Below are positions 25,620 through 40,365 of a DNA stretch of 64,000 bases, one piece after another. Both the position numbers and the translations under genes were made by a program. The notes under the pieces were generated by a model that worked only from the letters and a program-made list of their open reading frames with translations, was not told the DNA's origin and did no database searches. Numbering within the stretch: the stretch's first letter is position 1; each line of letters starts with the position of its first letter. The DNA is taken from assembly GCF_006345805.1 (NCBI RefSeq), contig NC_042999.1, forward strand, positions 112,158,001-112,222,000, read 5' to 3'. Source of the DNA: Octopus sinensis (taxonomy: Eukaryota).

Positions 25620-27090
25620 TATGAGGAGGATTTATTCTCAGAGGTTCATTTAAATATAGGAGTGATGGGATTCTTAATGATTCATTGTTAATGATTTATT
25701 CTTAATGATTTATTACTAATGATTTATTATGACTGATTCACACTTAATTTATTTCTCATGATTCATAGTAAATGATTTATTCTTAATGATTGATATAAAC
25801 ATAGGAGTGATGGGATTCTTAATGATTCATTGTTAATGATTTATTCTTAATGATTAATTCCTAATGATCTATTATGACTGATTCACACTTAATTTATTTT
25901 TAATGATTCATAGTGAATGATTTATTCTTAAGGATTGACATAACTACAGGAGTGTTGTTAATGTGATATGTGTTTATATATGTATATATATATTATACAT
26001 GCACATACAATAGGCTTCTTTCAGTTTCCTTCTATCAAATCCACTTACAAGTCTTTGGACAGTCTGAAGCTGTAGTAGAAAACACTTGACCAAGGTGCTG
26101 TGCAGTGGGTTTGAACTTGGAACCATGTCATTGGAAACAAACTTCTTATGACAAAGTTGCACTCACACCTATTATTGTTAATGTGGAGGTGCATGGCTTA
26201 GTGGTTATGGTATTGGACTCATGATCATAAGATTGTAGCTTCAATTCCTGGACTGGGCAACGCATTGTATTCTTGAGCAAAACACTTCACTTCATGTTGC
26301 TCTAGTCCACTTAGATGGCAAAAAATGAGCAATCCTGTGATAGACCAGTGTCCTGTCCAGGTGGAAAATTTATGCAACATGGAAACTGGAAAACCAGCCG
26401 TTATGAGTTGGCATGACTCAAAAACATAGCCTTAGTTTTTACTTTATTATTGTTAACTATTTAAAGGTCATGAACAGGCAAAACCATTAGCACTCTGGAC
26501 AAAATGCTTAGCAGCGTTTCATCTGTCTTTATGTTCTGAGTTCAAATTCTCTCAAGGTTGACTTTGCTTTTCATCCTTTTGGGGTCAATGAAATAAGTAC
26601 CTGTCAGGTACCAGTATTGATGTAATCAACTTCCCTCTCCCCTTGAAAATCATTATTGTAAATGATACATTGTTGATAATTCATTTCTCATGATTTATTA
26701 TTAATGATTCACTCTTAATGATTTATTCCTAATGATTTATTCCTCATGATTTGTTGTTAATGATTTATTACTAATGATTTATTGTTAATGGTTTATTGCT
26801 AATGAGTTATTTCTAATGATTTACTGTTAAGGATTTATTCCTCATGATTTATTATTAATGATTTATTACTAATGATTTATTCCCAATGATTTAATGTTAA
26901 TGGTTTATTGCTAATGATTTATTATTAATGATTAACTATTAATGACTTATTTCTAATGATTTATTGTTAATTATTCATTTTAATGGTTCAATCCTAATGA
27001 TTTATTCTTAATGATTTATTTAAACATAGTGATGGGATTCATAACGATTTAGTCTAAATGATGTATTAAGGATATATTCTTAATGATTTC
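25620..27090. repeat. Degenerate 14-bp minisatellite (AATGATTTATTNNT) split by SINEs
   Basis: Periodic 'aatgatttatt' at 25676-25935 and 26660-27090; ~144-bp higher-order duplication starting 'ataggagtgatgggattc' at 25656 and 25801. Confidence 0.85.
26183..26430 (+). mobile_element. CORE-like tRNA SINE family B variant
   Basis: 'gtggaggtgcatggcttagtggtt...ttcaattcct...ttgagcaaaacacttcacttcatgttgct'; related copy at 49975-50212 (-). Confidence 0.7.
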
Positions 27091-27762
27091 CCTAGATGAG
27101 GTTGAATTCAATAGACAAGGAACACCAGGAAGAAGATTTAGTGTTTAGTATTGTGTCTGGGAGGTAGGAAATGTCAGACAAGAAGGAAGCTGGTAAACTA
27201 CTCAAATACAATTTTTACCCATTCTAAATGATTTTGCATCTGTTTTCCTTCAAGCATGAGTTGGATTCTTTTTGCTTTCTATGAATTATGTTACAGATGG
27301 TTGCCATTTCAAATGCTAATCAGCCTTGAAGGAAGAATGAGGGACATATTTTCTGAGTAAGGGCCTATTCAGATGATTCAGTCATAAAAGTGCTTTTGTT
27401 GTTGTTGTTTAACCCTGGTTTAGCCTTGATCCAACACACCTATAATGAAAGTGCATTACAGCCATGACATGACTATCTATATTTTAATTAAGACTGCATT
27501 ACTTAATGTAGTCTAAGACACATGATGGTCATATTTAAGATATTATATGATGTAAGGGAAATTTGACTGTTATTTCTAGCATGTCCAGTAACCATCTAGA
27601 GCAGTGATTCTCAACCATTTTTTGCTAATTAACCCTTTGATTCATATTTTGTTCTACTGGGCCTTCATAGACTTTCGCTGTATGTATAAGAAAAATCTTA
27701 CTGCATTTTTATAATTAAATCTTAGTAGCAATTGTATAAAAAGTTTTAAATATTTTCTATAC

Positions 27763-28140
27763 CCTCTTTTTACTTGTTTCAGTCATTTGACTGTGGGTAT
27801 GCTGGAGCACCGCCTTTAGTCAACAAATTGACCCCAGGACTTTTTTTTTGTAAGCCTAGTACTTATTTGACCGGTCTCTTTTTGCTGAACTGCTAAGTTA
27901 TGGGGACATAAACACTCCAGCATCAGTTGTCAAGCGATGTTGGCAGGAGGTTGACAAACACAGACACACAAACACACATATATATATACATATATATGAC
28001 GGGCTTCTTTCAGTTTCCGTCTACCAAATCCACTCACAAGACTTTGGTCGGCCCGAGGCTATAGTAGAAGGCACTTGCCCAAGGTGCCATGCAGTGGGAC
28101 TGAACACAGAACCATGTGGTTGGTAAGCCACTCCTGCACC
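27763..28140 (-). mobile_element. SINE family A inserted in a hAT-like MITE (~27603-28225)
   Basis: Family A homology; left flank begins CAGTGATTCTCAACC. Confidence 0.8.
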
Positions 28141-28394
28141 TATTTATATTGTAGAAATATAACCAATTTATTGTACATAAATTTTATCAACAAAGTCTTG
28201 TATGGATCCCAGTCAAGAACTCTTGACCTAGAGACTCACTCATTGAGAGTGTTATCTTAAGGGAATTTGTTGGGTTTTTTCTCTGGTGTTGGATAGTCTT
28301 TGGATAGTTCTGTTTGAAAATACCCCCTTCAAAAGACTATCTGGACTGAATGCTTGTTCACCTCAAAGTTAAACCCCTGCTACTTTTTTTTTAT

Positions 28395-28702
28395 TTATGC
28401 ACCCTTTTCAAGCCTAACTAGGCTCATGGGCCCGGTTTCCCGGTTTCTATGGCATATGTGTTCCCCCCAGCTGGACAGGACACCAGTCCATCACAGCGTT
28501 ACTCAAGAAACAGTAAGAAAGAGCGAGAGAAAGTTGGGGCAAAAGAGTACAACTGGAGTCGCCACCACCCACTGCCGGAGCCTCGTGGAGCTTTAGGTGT
28601 TTTTGCTCAATAAACACACACAACGCCCGATCTGGGAATTGAAACTGCGATCCTCCAACCACAAGTCCACTGCCCTAATCACTGGGCCATTGTACCTCCA
28701 CA
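28395..28702 (-). mobile_element. SINE family C
   Basis: Homologous to 13380-13666. Confidence 0.85.
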
Positions 28703-29554
28703 AACCCCTGCTACTGCTACTCATTTTGTATTGAGTATACTGAAGCAATGTGAAATAAAGTACCATGCTCAAAGACACAATATGCCATATCGTTAGGGTC
28801 ATGGGTCAAACATTCATGGATATTGTCAAGGATATTGGCATTCAAATTAATTACTCAACTGTTCTTTCTAGCTGTGATTATTCATTCTTTATTGTAAAGG
28901 CACATGGCATATGGTATAGTAGCAATAATGTTCAGCTCATGATTCTATGGTCACATTTTCAAATCCCAGACTAGGCAACATATTATCAATGAGCACAACA
29001 TTTCAATTCATGTTGCTACAATCCAGTTTACTGAAAAGGAGCAGCTGCAGGAGCTGGGTATTAGCCTTGCAACAGGCTGGCATCTTGTCTTGAGAGTGTT
29101 TTCAAAGTTTGAAGTAGCAGCTGCTCAAAACTTTATTTCTGCTAGAGAAAAGCCACTACCTTTGTTCTTCATTGGCCTCAAGATTATGTTGGCTGTAAAC
29201 ATATATATATCTGACTAAAAATAAAATGAGTGAAGAGAAATAACTCAGAGATGTCAGTGGCATGAATTTGGGTAATTGACTTAAAGCATGATGTACTGAA
29301 TACTTCATAGAAAAAAAAATTCTTACTTGGTTCACATTTTCTTCATGTTTGGAGAACAGGAATAAAAACCTCGTACTAGATGTTAATGACTTTCAAAGAA
29401 ATGGAAAGATAATTTCAAGAAATTTAGAACTAATTCCTCAAATTAATCTACATGCTTAGTAGAAGGTCTTTTTATTTTTCAGCCAAGAAACAACAATTGT
29501 GTCTTGACTACTAAAAGAGCTCAAGACTTCTCCTCATTGGCTCATTATTAGCAT

Positions 29555-30385
29555 GTGTTTGTTGTTGCTGTTGAGGTGAGTTCTGAGTGCACAAACCTAA
29601 AATTAAAAGCATTCCAGTCATGACCATCCCATCTGTATTTAAATTTTCTATATTTAAGACAACATAATTCAATGTGTTCTTCATCTTAAAAGACAGCAGG
29701 TTGTAATTTAAGTGAGAAATAGTTGCTATTTCAATATGGCGAGTGACCATACAGAGAATAAGCAATAAAATAAGCTGATGGTGATGATGCTGATGGTACT
29801 ATTGGTGTTGTTATTGTTGCTGCTTAGCCCCAGGTCAGCCTCTTGATTGAGCAGATTTATAAGCAAAACATCCAAGACCATCTCTGCTTTTTTCCTCTGT
29901 GATGTTATATATTGGATTATATTGTCCAATGGGTCCTTCATTATTTTAAACTGTAAGATAAAATATTAAGGGATATTTGGTAACTATTTCTAGCTTACAG
30001 AATGCCACCATAGGCATCCTTGTTAATGTTAGAGGTACTAATACTGATTATACTGTAGTTATTGTTATTGTGGTTTGTCTTTAGATAAACCCCATTGGAG
30101 TAAGCCCATGGTCAAAATCATTCTAGCCATAACCCTCATCCTTCTCATTCAGCTTTTTTCTTACTACATTATGCAATAAATACATTTGTATTTAAGAGGA
30201 AAAGACAGCAGAGTGGGATTCGACAGAGATTTAGTTGCTGTTTCCGGTAGTTAAGTGACCACTTTGAAACACATCAGAAGTTGTTGTTGTTTAACACCAA
30301 GTCAATTAAGATCAAGGAGACCTATGGCCAAAAGCTTTCCAGTTGTTAACTTCCTAGTTTTAATTTTTGAATTCATCTAGGCCTA
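29555..30385 (-). repeat. Chain of ~4 old ~240-bp repeats with (AAC)n tails
   Basis: Units start with (GTT)n near 29560, 29810, 30060, 30280, each followed by an 'aaagcattccagccatgacc'-like and (in the first three) a 'ttggctgctatttctag'-like motif; related copies near 27400, 45275, 45545, 46990. Confidence 0.6.
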
Positions 30386-30396
30386 CATTCTCCCAT

Positions 30397-30695
30397 GTGT
30401 GGAAGCACAATGGCCCTGTGGTTAGGGCAGCGGACTTGTGGTCGGAGGATTGCAGTTTTGATTCCCAGACTGGGTGTTGTGTGTGTTTATTGAGCAAAAA
30501 CACCTAAAGCTCCACAAGGTTCTGACAGAAGGTGGTGGCATCCCCTGTTGTACTCTTTCACTCTTTCTTCCTGTTTCTTGAGTAATGCTGCAATGGACCG
30601 GTGTCCCATCCATCTGGGGGGAACACATACACCATAGAAACTGGGAAACCGGGCCCATGAACCTAGCTAGGCTTGAAAAGGGCGCATAAATAAAA
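30397..30695 (+). mobile_element. SINE family C
   Basis: Head 'gtggaagcacaatggccctgtggttagggcagcggact'; flanked by similar 'acatt(a/c)tcccatgt' sequences that may be a TSD. Confidence 0.85.
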
Positions 30696-31353
30696 ATAAC
30701 ATTATCCCATGTATCCTAATATATGACAAGACACTACAACAAAAAATGGTAGCAGCAGTAACAATGATTATTACAAGAATAACCACAAAGACAAGCAAAC
30801 AAACAATGGTGATAGTGACATCAAGAACAAAACCCCAAGAAGAACAAAGTCAACAAAAGCAACAACAACACCCTCTGCTCTCCCTCTCTCTCTCTCCCTC
30901 TTTCTCTCCCTCTCTCTCTTTCTCTCGACATATTTATATATGTATATATATCTTTCTATCTATCTATCAATCTCTATGTCTCACAACCATTCCCCTTTCT
31001 CACTAATACAAAATAACAACAGTAACAACAACAACAACAATCGCAAGACTGACAACATTGACAAAATTTCTTTGCTTCAGAAAGAACACAAGAAAATTAT
31101 CTGACAGTTAATTAGTGAATTCATTATCATTCTCTCTCCCTTTCTCTCTCTCTCTCTCTCCCTCCCATCTAAAAATCCCACTTAGCATTCACTCCAGCAA
31201 ACATTAACCACATAACACATCACTCATACTAACTCTTTCATCCACCTAGGTATGTGTATCTCTGAGTTTACAGAACATATATATATATAAACAAAAAATA
31301 TATACATGTACATATATATATCTATATATATATATATAATATATATTATATAT

Positions 31354-31441
<88 letters not shown>

Positions 31442-31575
31442 ATATACGTATATATATATATGTATGTGTGTATATATATATATATTGAGAGAGGGAGTAC
31501 ATGCATGTATATGTACTTGTATGTTTGCATGTCTGTATATACATGTGTCTGTGTTTGTATGTGTGTCTGTGTTTC

Positions 31576-31623
<48 letters not shown>

Positions 31624-32148
31624 CGTGTGTGTGTGCTTACCTATCATTCAATCTATGCAACCTTGGAAAAATAGCTATTAAATGATGGTCATGAGGATGA
31701 TGATGACAAAAATGATGAGAACAAAGGCAGTGATGATGATAATCATCACGATGATCATGAAGATGATGATCATGATGATGATGAAGATGATGATTATGTC
31801 TATGACAATGAAGATGATGGTTGTCATGGTAATGATGAAGATGATGATGATGATGAATATTTGTTTGCAGATGTATATATGTATGTATCAGTATGAGCAC
31901 ATGTCTATGTACATGCATGTGTGGCAATGTGAATGTGTTTGTGTGTGTGTAGATATGTTATGAACATATGTTTGCGTAAGTGTGCTTATGTTTCTGTAGA
32001 TACATAAATGCCTAAATTCATATGTGCATAAGTGTGCAATGCATATGTGTGTGCTAGTGTGTATGCACATGTATCAATGCATATAGTTATACACATATGT
32101 GCATGCAGAGAAGTGCTCATGAGCATACATGCAAATGTGCATAGCTAC

Positions 32149-32183
<35 letters not shown>

Positions 32184-32781
32184 ATATATATATATATATA
32201 AGTGTGCATGAATAATATACAAGCATATGTGAATACATAAGATGCACGTGCATGTCCCTGGCATCCAAACAAACAGAAGAAAGTTTGAATACATATATGC
32301 ACACATACATATACATTTTTAAGAACATACTTGCATATACAAATATAAAATCGCGCTTAGATGTACGCACATAGGAGAGAAAAAGTGACATGCTAAAATG
32401 TGAAATACTCTCCACCCTCTACCATTTCTTCTCCCTCCACCCCGAAAAACAAATTAATAAACATATAAAAATTTGAACAAAACTAAATTAAAAATCAAAT
32501 AATAATATCAACTTAAAATAAATAAATATGCAAAGAAATTATGAAGATGAATGATGAATAGATTTAGTTCTGAGCAAATGTGTGCCCCCACAAACCTACA
32601 TATACATTACACCATCAGATTTATTTTTTTGCCCCCTGTCTTACACAATTAAACCACGGTTAGCATTTTTACATAATTTCTTGTGCAGGTCACTTTATAC
32701 AATTTGTCAACTTCAATACATTCTCTATATACTACAGTATTTCTGCATCACCTCTTCAGTCACTATATTGTTTCTCTTTCA

Positions 32782-32847
<66 letters not shown>

Positions 32848-33289
32848 TAAACATATGCATATATACATCCATATATGTTTGTATTCATATATATATATAT
32901 ACATACATATATATATTTCCATATATATATATACACAGACACATATGTGTGCATGTATATATAAACATATATAAAAGTGTATGTATATATATTTGATATA
33001 TATCTGATATATATTATTGCATGGATTTCTATATTTTTATGTATAACAATGTATATGTATTGAAATATTAAGATTCATATACATGACTGCATGTATTGTG
33101 TATAAACAATGTTTTTCTAAAAAATGTATATGCATTATGTATGTGTGTATGATAGGCTTATGTTTATATGTATTAATAAAGATATACATATACACATACA
33201 CATGTGTGTGTTTGTGTGTGTGGTGTGTGTGTAGTGTGTACATGTATATGCATGTATGTTGTGTGTATATATAATGTATTGAATTCATG

Positions 33290-33327
<38 letters not shown>

Positions 33328-33578
33328 TTATATATATATATATATATAATATAGATATATAATATATATATATATATAAGATATTATATATATATATATA
33401 TATAGATATATAATATATATATATTATAACATATACCCATATATACATATACACATATATTGTATAAGTATATATATATTCAGATATAAATCTATATTCA
33501 TTTATGTTCATATATTGATATATATTAATATATAGATATCTATATAGATATCTATTTATATATATTATATATATATAG

Positions 33579-33619
<41 letters not shown>

Positions 33620-34837
33620 TATAGATATATAATATATATACTCATAGGTAAAATATATATATTGTATGTATAATACCTGCATGCATACATGCATGTTCAT
33701 GTTCATGTATATATATTATATATACAAGGCAACACATACACAAACACATATACATGTATATAGCTATGTATATATATATATATATATGGGTTTGTGTTGT
33801 TGTATAATATATGACTGCAATTATCATCATTTTATGATGACTGCATTGACTTGAGAATGTTCATGATAATGATGATCATGGTTATCATGATTATGATGAC
33901 AACAATGATGACAACAACAATGAAAACAACGATGATCATGATGGTGATGATGATGATGAGGAGGAGGAGGAGGAGGAAGAGGTGGTGGTGGAGAAGGAGG
34001 AGGAGGAAGAGGTGGTGGTGGAGAAGGAGGAGGAGGAGGAGGAGGTGGATGGTGGTGCTAGTGATGATGATGATGATGATGATGATGAGAGTGGGGCAGA
34101 GGAGGAGGAGGAAATACAGATGGCCCAAATGAACAAGCAAACAAACAAAATGTTTGCTCTCAGCAGGTGCTCAGTTATCCATATCAGGTATTCAAATGTG
34201 TCATAACTCTTTTGACTCCTGCAAATTGTCCCTTGCATTAAGAACATTGAATGTGATCAATCACCTTACGCATACATATTTAGATTGCAATAAAAGGTAA
34301 CATGTGCTGCAAGTGTTGTTGCTTACTTGCTTGCTTGCTTGCTTACTCACATTCATTGTTCATGTCACATGAAGTGAAACTGGGTGGCAAATGCACGTTA
34401 TTTGCCAAAAAAACATTTCTTTCTATTTAAAAATACCAAAATTTTAAAAAATAATAATCAAAAGACAATAGTAAAGTTAATAAAAGAACTATATAAAGAT
34501 GATTGTGATGATAACAAAAATAAAAACATAATCAGGATGTCTTTCATTAGTAATAAGGTTGGGGGCCATGATAGAAGACAGTAGGAAAACGATCTGGGAA
34601 GGAAAACAACAAACTAGAAACTGTGGAGAATTTACATCAAGTAAAATTAGTGAGATCAACAATAACAATAATATATATAAATATATCGATGATGATGATG
34701 ATGATGATGATGATGAGGTTGATGATGAGGAGGAGGAGGAAAAGGAGGTTGAGGATAATGGTGATTATTATGTGGAGGAGGGGGATGCTAATAATGATGA
34801 TGAAAATAATAATAATAAAATAATAATAATGATGATG

Positions 34838-34916
<79 letters not shown>

Positions 34917-35072
34917 GGCTGAGGATAATAATAATGATAATAAACTTTTCTACTATCAGCACAAGGCCTGAAATTTTAGGGGAGGGGACTAGTCAATTAC
35001 ATTGACCCCAGTGATCAACTGGTAATAATAATAATAATAATAATAAGAAGAAGAAGAAGAAGAAGAATGATG

Positions 35073-35105
<33 letters not shown>

Positions 35106-35394
35106 TAATAATAATAATAGTTCTTGTTATTATTCTCATCATCTATATAGTTATCGTCTTTATCATTGTCGCCATCGTTTTCATCCTTATCATTATTGTT
35201 GTTGTTGTAATTATTATTATTATTATTATCATTATTATTGTTATTATTATCATTATTATTTTTTTACTTGTTGTATACATGGCATTGTTCAACACCCCAC
35301 TTGTCCCTTGTATCATCCCTATTTGTTTTGTGTCGAGCCCTTGTGGCCAATAAAGAAACAATTATTATTATTGTTATTGTTGTTGTTGTTATTA

Positions 35395-35454
<60 letters not shown>

Positions 35455-36463
35455 TATTACAATTATTATTATTATCATTATTTTGTTGTTGTTGCTGTTG
35501 TTATTTTTATAAATAACTGTTGCCAAAATTTAAAACTGAAAATTGCAATGAGTAAACATAATCATAAAAATAACAAAGGTAAATAATAATAATAATAATG
35601 ATGATGATGATGATGATAATAATAATAATAATAATGGGTATGACAATAACAATGATGATGACAGTGATGATGATGATTTCTTTTATGAAATGAGGATATC
35701 AGCAATAACAAAAACAATATGCACATCAATAGCAACAACAACAATTATAACAGTGAAAAGGTAATGATTTTTTTTATATATAACTAAAAAGAAAAATAAC
35801 AAGAATGGAATAATAAAATTAATTCAGATCATACAAGTACTACAACATATTTTTTTATCTGGTTTTTTTTTTTTTTTTAGAAAAGCAAGAAACTGTCTTC
35901 AATCTATTTAAAGAATGAAAAAAAAACAATGGCAGACAAAATCGAAACATTTCAAAAACTTGAAGGAAAACAAACTAAGGTCAAAAGAATAAAAGGAACA
36001 TGTGTAGCTGTTTGCATAATTTATTATCAATCATGTTATTCTTGTGTTAAAGTAAGACTGATTCTATCTCCTTCATGCTACCATACAAAAAAAAATTTTA
36101 ACGTTGATAATGCAACAGTAATAATTAAGAAATTAAATAATATATAGGAATAAATACATGTACACATGTGTATGTGTGTTTGTGTATGTGCATACAATTG
36201 TATGTTTACATGCTTATTAGTATAAGCATACACACATATAAACACACAAGCACACATTCACACACACACATACAACACATATATATATTATATATATACA
36301 TACATATTTATATATATATATACACATATACATACATATATGTACATATGTATACATAAAGACATGCATATATATGTATATGCAAATACGCAAACTCAAA
36401 TATATGCATATAAAGTGCATATATATACATATATATATAGATACACACACACATATATACATA

Positions 36464-36503
<40 letters not shown>

Positions 36504-36522
36504 TATACATATATACATATAT

Positions 36523-36555
<33 letters not shown>

Positions 36556-36658
36556 TATATAAATATATATATATATATATACATACATACATATATATAT
36601 ATATATACATATATAAATATATATATATATATACATACATATGCACACATGCATATAT

Positions 36659-36707
<49 letters not shown>

Positions 36708-37467
36708 CATACATACATACATATATATATACACACACACATGCATATATATATATATATACTCACATTCCCATATCTATCTTTTTCTCATATAATTGTA
36801 GTTTCCTTGTGTTTTATTTTTTGTTTGTTTTGTCATCATTTATATTTCTAAACTGATTCCCCATAATTATTTGAAAAGGTCATGTTAACTTAAGAATTTA
36901 TAAATTATTACTGAAAGCAGACAAAACAACAACAACAACATGTAAACTTATACAAATATCCCACAACTCAAAAGAAAGAAGTTAAGAAAATAAGAAAAAT
37001 TAATAAAATTCTTCCTCTCTTTACTGTCATCACTCAACAAACATACATTAAAAAAATATAAAAATATAAAATAAATATGCTAAGACTTCTACACATTTGC
37101 ACTTACTGTTTCGTGAATATTTTATGAGCCCCACTGATTGCCTACCCCATCTCCTTCAAAACAAGCATTGCCCTTTGCACCTTTTGATAACATGACTAAA
37201 TAAGATTTAAGAAGGATCGATAGAAAGACGCCAATATTTGATGACATGGAGTTGGGGGCAGACCATTCTTTGTATTTACATTCTCACATACCACATGAAT
37301 TGAAATGCTAATTTGAAACTGGTAAAATCTAAAAGTTAAAACTCTTCTCTGTTCTAAACTCCTGACTTATCTTTTCATTTTATTCTCTCTCTCTCTCATC
37401 ATACACTTTTCCCCATTAATTTTTTTCGAATTCCATGTCTTCCTTTTTTAGTATATATGTGTATTTG

Positions 37468-37502
<35 letters not shown>

Positions 37503-38429
37503 TTTTTTACTTTACAAATAGAGAGAACTCAGTACATGCTATAGTGTATATTTAGTGATTTAAAGCTGTTGATTCACTTCATCCTACTCAAGATTCGTTT
37601 GACAAAATAGGTTTTGTAGTTTAGCAATGGAGTGAGTCATAAGTCTCAAACAAGGAAAACAGATAAATATATGTGTGTGTATACTTGTTTGTGTGTTTAA
37701 TATTGTAGATATTTGTATAATAGCTTGTAAGGATGTATGTAACATTTATAGTTATAACACATGTATAAATAATTTTATCCACTAACAATGAAGAAGAAAA
37801 GCATCAAATGCCAACACACCTTTTTATTTACTAGAATCAGTACTTAAGGATAGATCTCTTTCTCAGATTAAGATACCTTTCACACAAACTATAGAAATTT
37901 AGCTGTCTTTGAGTAGCACTCACATATAAATCTGAGCTCTCACATCTGAGTTCCCAAACAATAATATAAAACCATTCTTTAATTTCCATTCATCAAACTT
38001 AAAAACAAATATAATCTACCAACTTGAAGGAAGCAAATGGCACTTACTCGACTAGAATAAGCCTTTTTGGCAACCTTCTCTTCCCTTTCTACCCAATCAT
38101 ATAAATGTTTACTACCTTCTGCTTGCTCTTCTTTTCTTTCACTTTCACCCCCACCATCCTTTTTCTACATCTTTCTCCCCATACATCGTTATTTTTTTAA
38201 ATTAATTAAATAACACTGTAACTAAATTTTAATTTTTCTTTTTTTTTCTTTTTGTCTTTAGTCAGTAAGTGTTATTTTCTCTTTACTTCTAGAATTCAAA
38301 GGAATTGACTACTATCCCCTTCAATCTTTGCTTTTGCGACCTGGACATAAGGTTTTGAAACTGACCTATTTCCCATTACATTTCAGACAGATTCAGTGCT
38401 GAGTTGCTGAAGCAGAAATATCATTATTG

Positions 38430-38758
38430 CAAAGTGTCTTCTACTATAGCCTCAGGCCAACCAAAGCCTTGTGAATGGATTTGGTAGATGGAAACTGAAA
38501 GAAGACCGTCGTATATATGTGTGTATATATATATATATATGTATGTGTGTGTATATGTTTTTGTTTGTGTTTGTCCCCCCCCCCCAACATCGCTGGTATG
38601 TTTACGTCCTCGTCACTTAGCAGTTCGGCAAAAGAGACCGATAGAATTAGTACTGGGCTTACAAAGAATAAGTCCTGGGATCGATTTGCTTGACTAAAGG
38701 CGATGCTCCAGCATGGCCACAGTCGAATGACTGAAACAAGTAAAAGAGTAAAAGAGTA
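38430..38758 (+). mobile_element. SINE family A, 5'-truncated
   Basis: Family A homology, tail (GTAAAAGA)n. Confidence 0.85.
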
Positions 38759-39067
38759 ATCCTTCAAGTAATGTTTTAATGCATTTATATATAGCTATAC
38801 ATAAAAGTCAAACAATAATGTACATCAATATATAAAGGACCTTTGTCTTCTCAAGAGAATGTCATGATTCTGCTGCATAGAGCTTTTAAAATATGTGCTA
38901 GTTCATGATTTGCTTTTCTGTATACTGACAACATTGCCTCAGTATTGCACCTACTTGCATAATATGCATTATTATATTAGCTAATCATTGATAATCTGTA
39001 ACAGCTGTAAAGATACGACTGCATTGCATCATGTAAATTATATATGCAAGGTTCTAATCTCTGATGC

Positions 39068-39598
39068 AATCTGGTGGGATTGCAAAGGAGTAATTTACTT
39101 TGAATTGTTATCACCTAATGCAAAAATCAATGCTCAAGTCTACTGTCAGCAATTAGAGTGTTTGAACCAAGCTTTGAAGAAAAAAAGACCTGCTTTAGTG
39201 AATCGAAAAGGAGTGATGTTTCATCAGGTTAATGCGCTACCCCACACTGCAAAGATCACATCACAGAAGATCAAAGAGCTTGGTTGGGAACAAATTCCTC
39301 ATCCACCTTATTCTCTCGACCTTGCTTCTTCAGACTACTTGTTTCATAGTTTACAGAATCATTTGGGGGACATAACTTTCGCAAGCCAGGAGGAGGTCGA
39401 AACTGACATTTCAGAGTTCTTCGCTTTGAAACCAAAAGAGTTTTACATTGATGTGATTAAAAAGCTTGTAAATAGATGGAAGAAAGTCATAGATAATCAG
39501 GGAAAGTACATTGATGATTAAAATTCAATTAAATATAACATTTGATCAATTGTTTTCTTTATTCAAAATTCGGTCAGAACTTATGGGATGACCTGATA
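39068..39598 (+). mobile_element. Mariner transposase 3' fragment
   Basis: ORF 38988-39521: WWDCKGVIYFELL, HPPYSLDLASSDYLF, LVNRWKKVIDNQGKY; right end 'ttatgggatgacctgata'. Confidence 0.9.
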
Positions 39599-40316
39599 TT
39601 TTCCATTCTTTTCGAGCATCAAACTAATTCACCAACTTGTTGTTCCCTCACCTGTATGTGTGTATGTGTGCATGTGTGTGTGTGTTCCATCTTTCTTTTA
39701 TCTATGATCATTTCATCCCTACGCTCTTTCCTTTGTTTTACTTGTACCTTGTCACTCTGAATCTCACAACCTTTTTCCTATTGCTCTTTCCACTTCACCA
39801 TCACAAATTGCCCCTCTTCTTCCATCTTTTCATTCATATTTCTATGCTTTTAAATATAGGTTTATTGCAATAAAATTCACATATTGTCATTCCTCTTTCT
39901 AAAGAAAAACTTACAACTTAACCTATTTACTTAATGCACATTATTACATTACCCCTGAATTTTTGAAACAGCTGTAAAGATATTTCAAATACATATTTTT
40001 CTCAAATGTATCCATGGTTGCATTTCCGTAACATCTCTTATAAATAATATAAATGATATAACATCATATATACACGCTTGTTCGAATTTTCCTTTACACA
40101 CACACATAATGTATACATGCTTAATTTTGTGGCATGCACATACATTCAATGAATTTTTATACTTGCACATAAACACTCCTCTCTCTTTCAGTCTACCTAT
40201 CAATTTCTCTTTCTATTGCCCTCTCCCCTTCACAACACACACACACACATACACATGCATTTGTAGGTATATACATAAATACACGAACATGTATACATAT
40301 ATACAAGCATATATAC

Positions 40317-40365
<49 letters not shown>

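Noticed and set aside
33982-34206. Acidic E/D-rich ORF
   Set aside because: (GAG)n/(GAT)n trinucleotide mosaic
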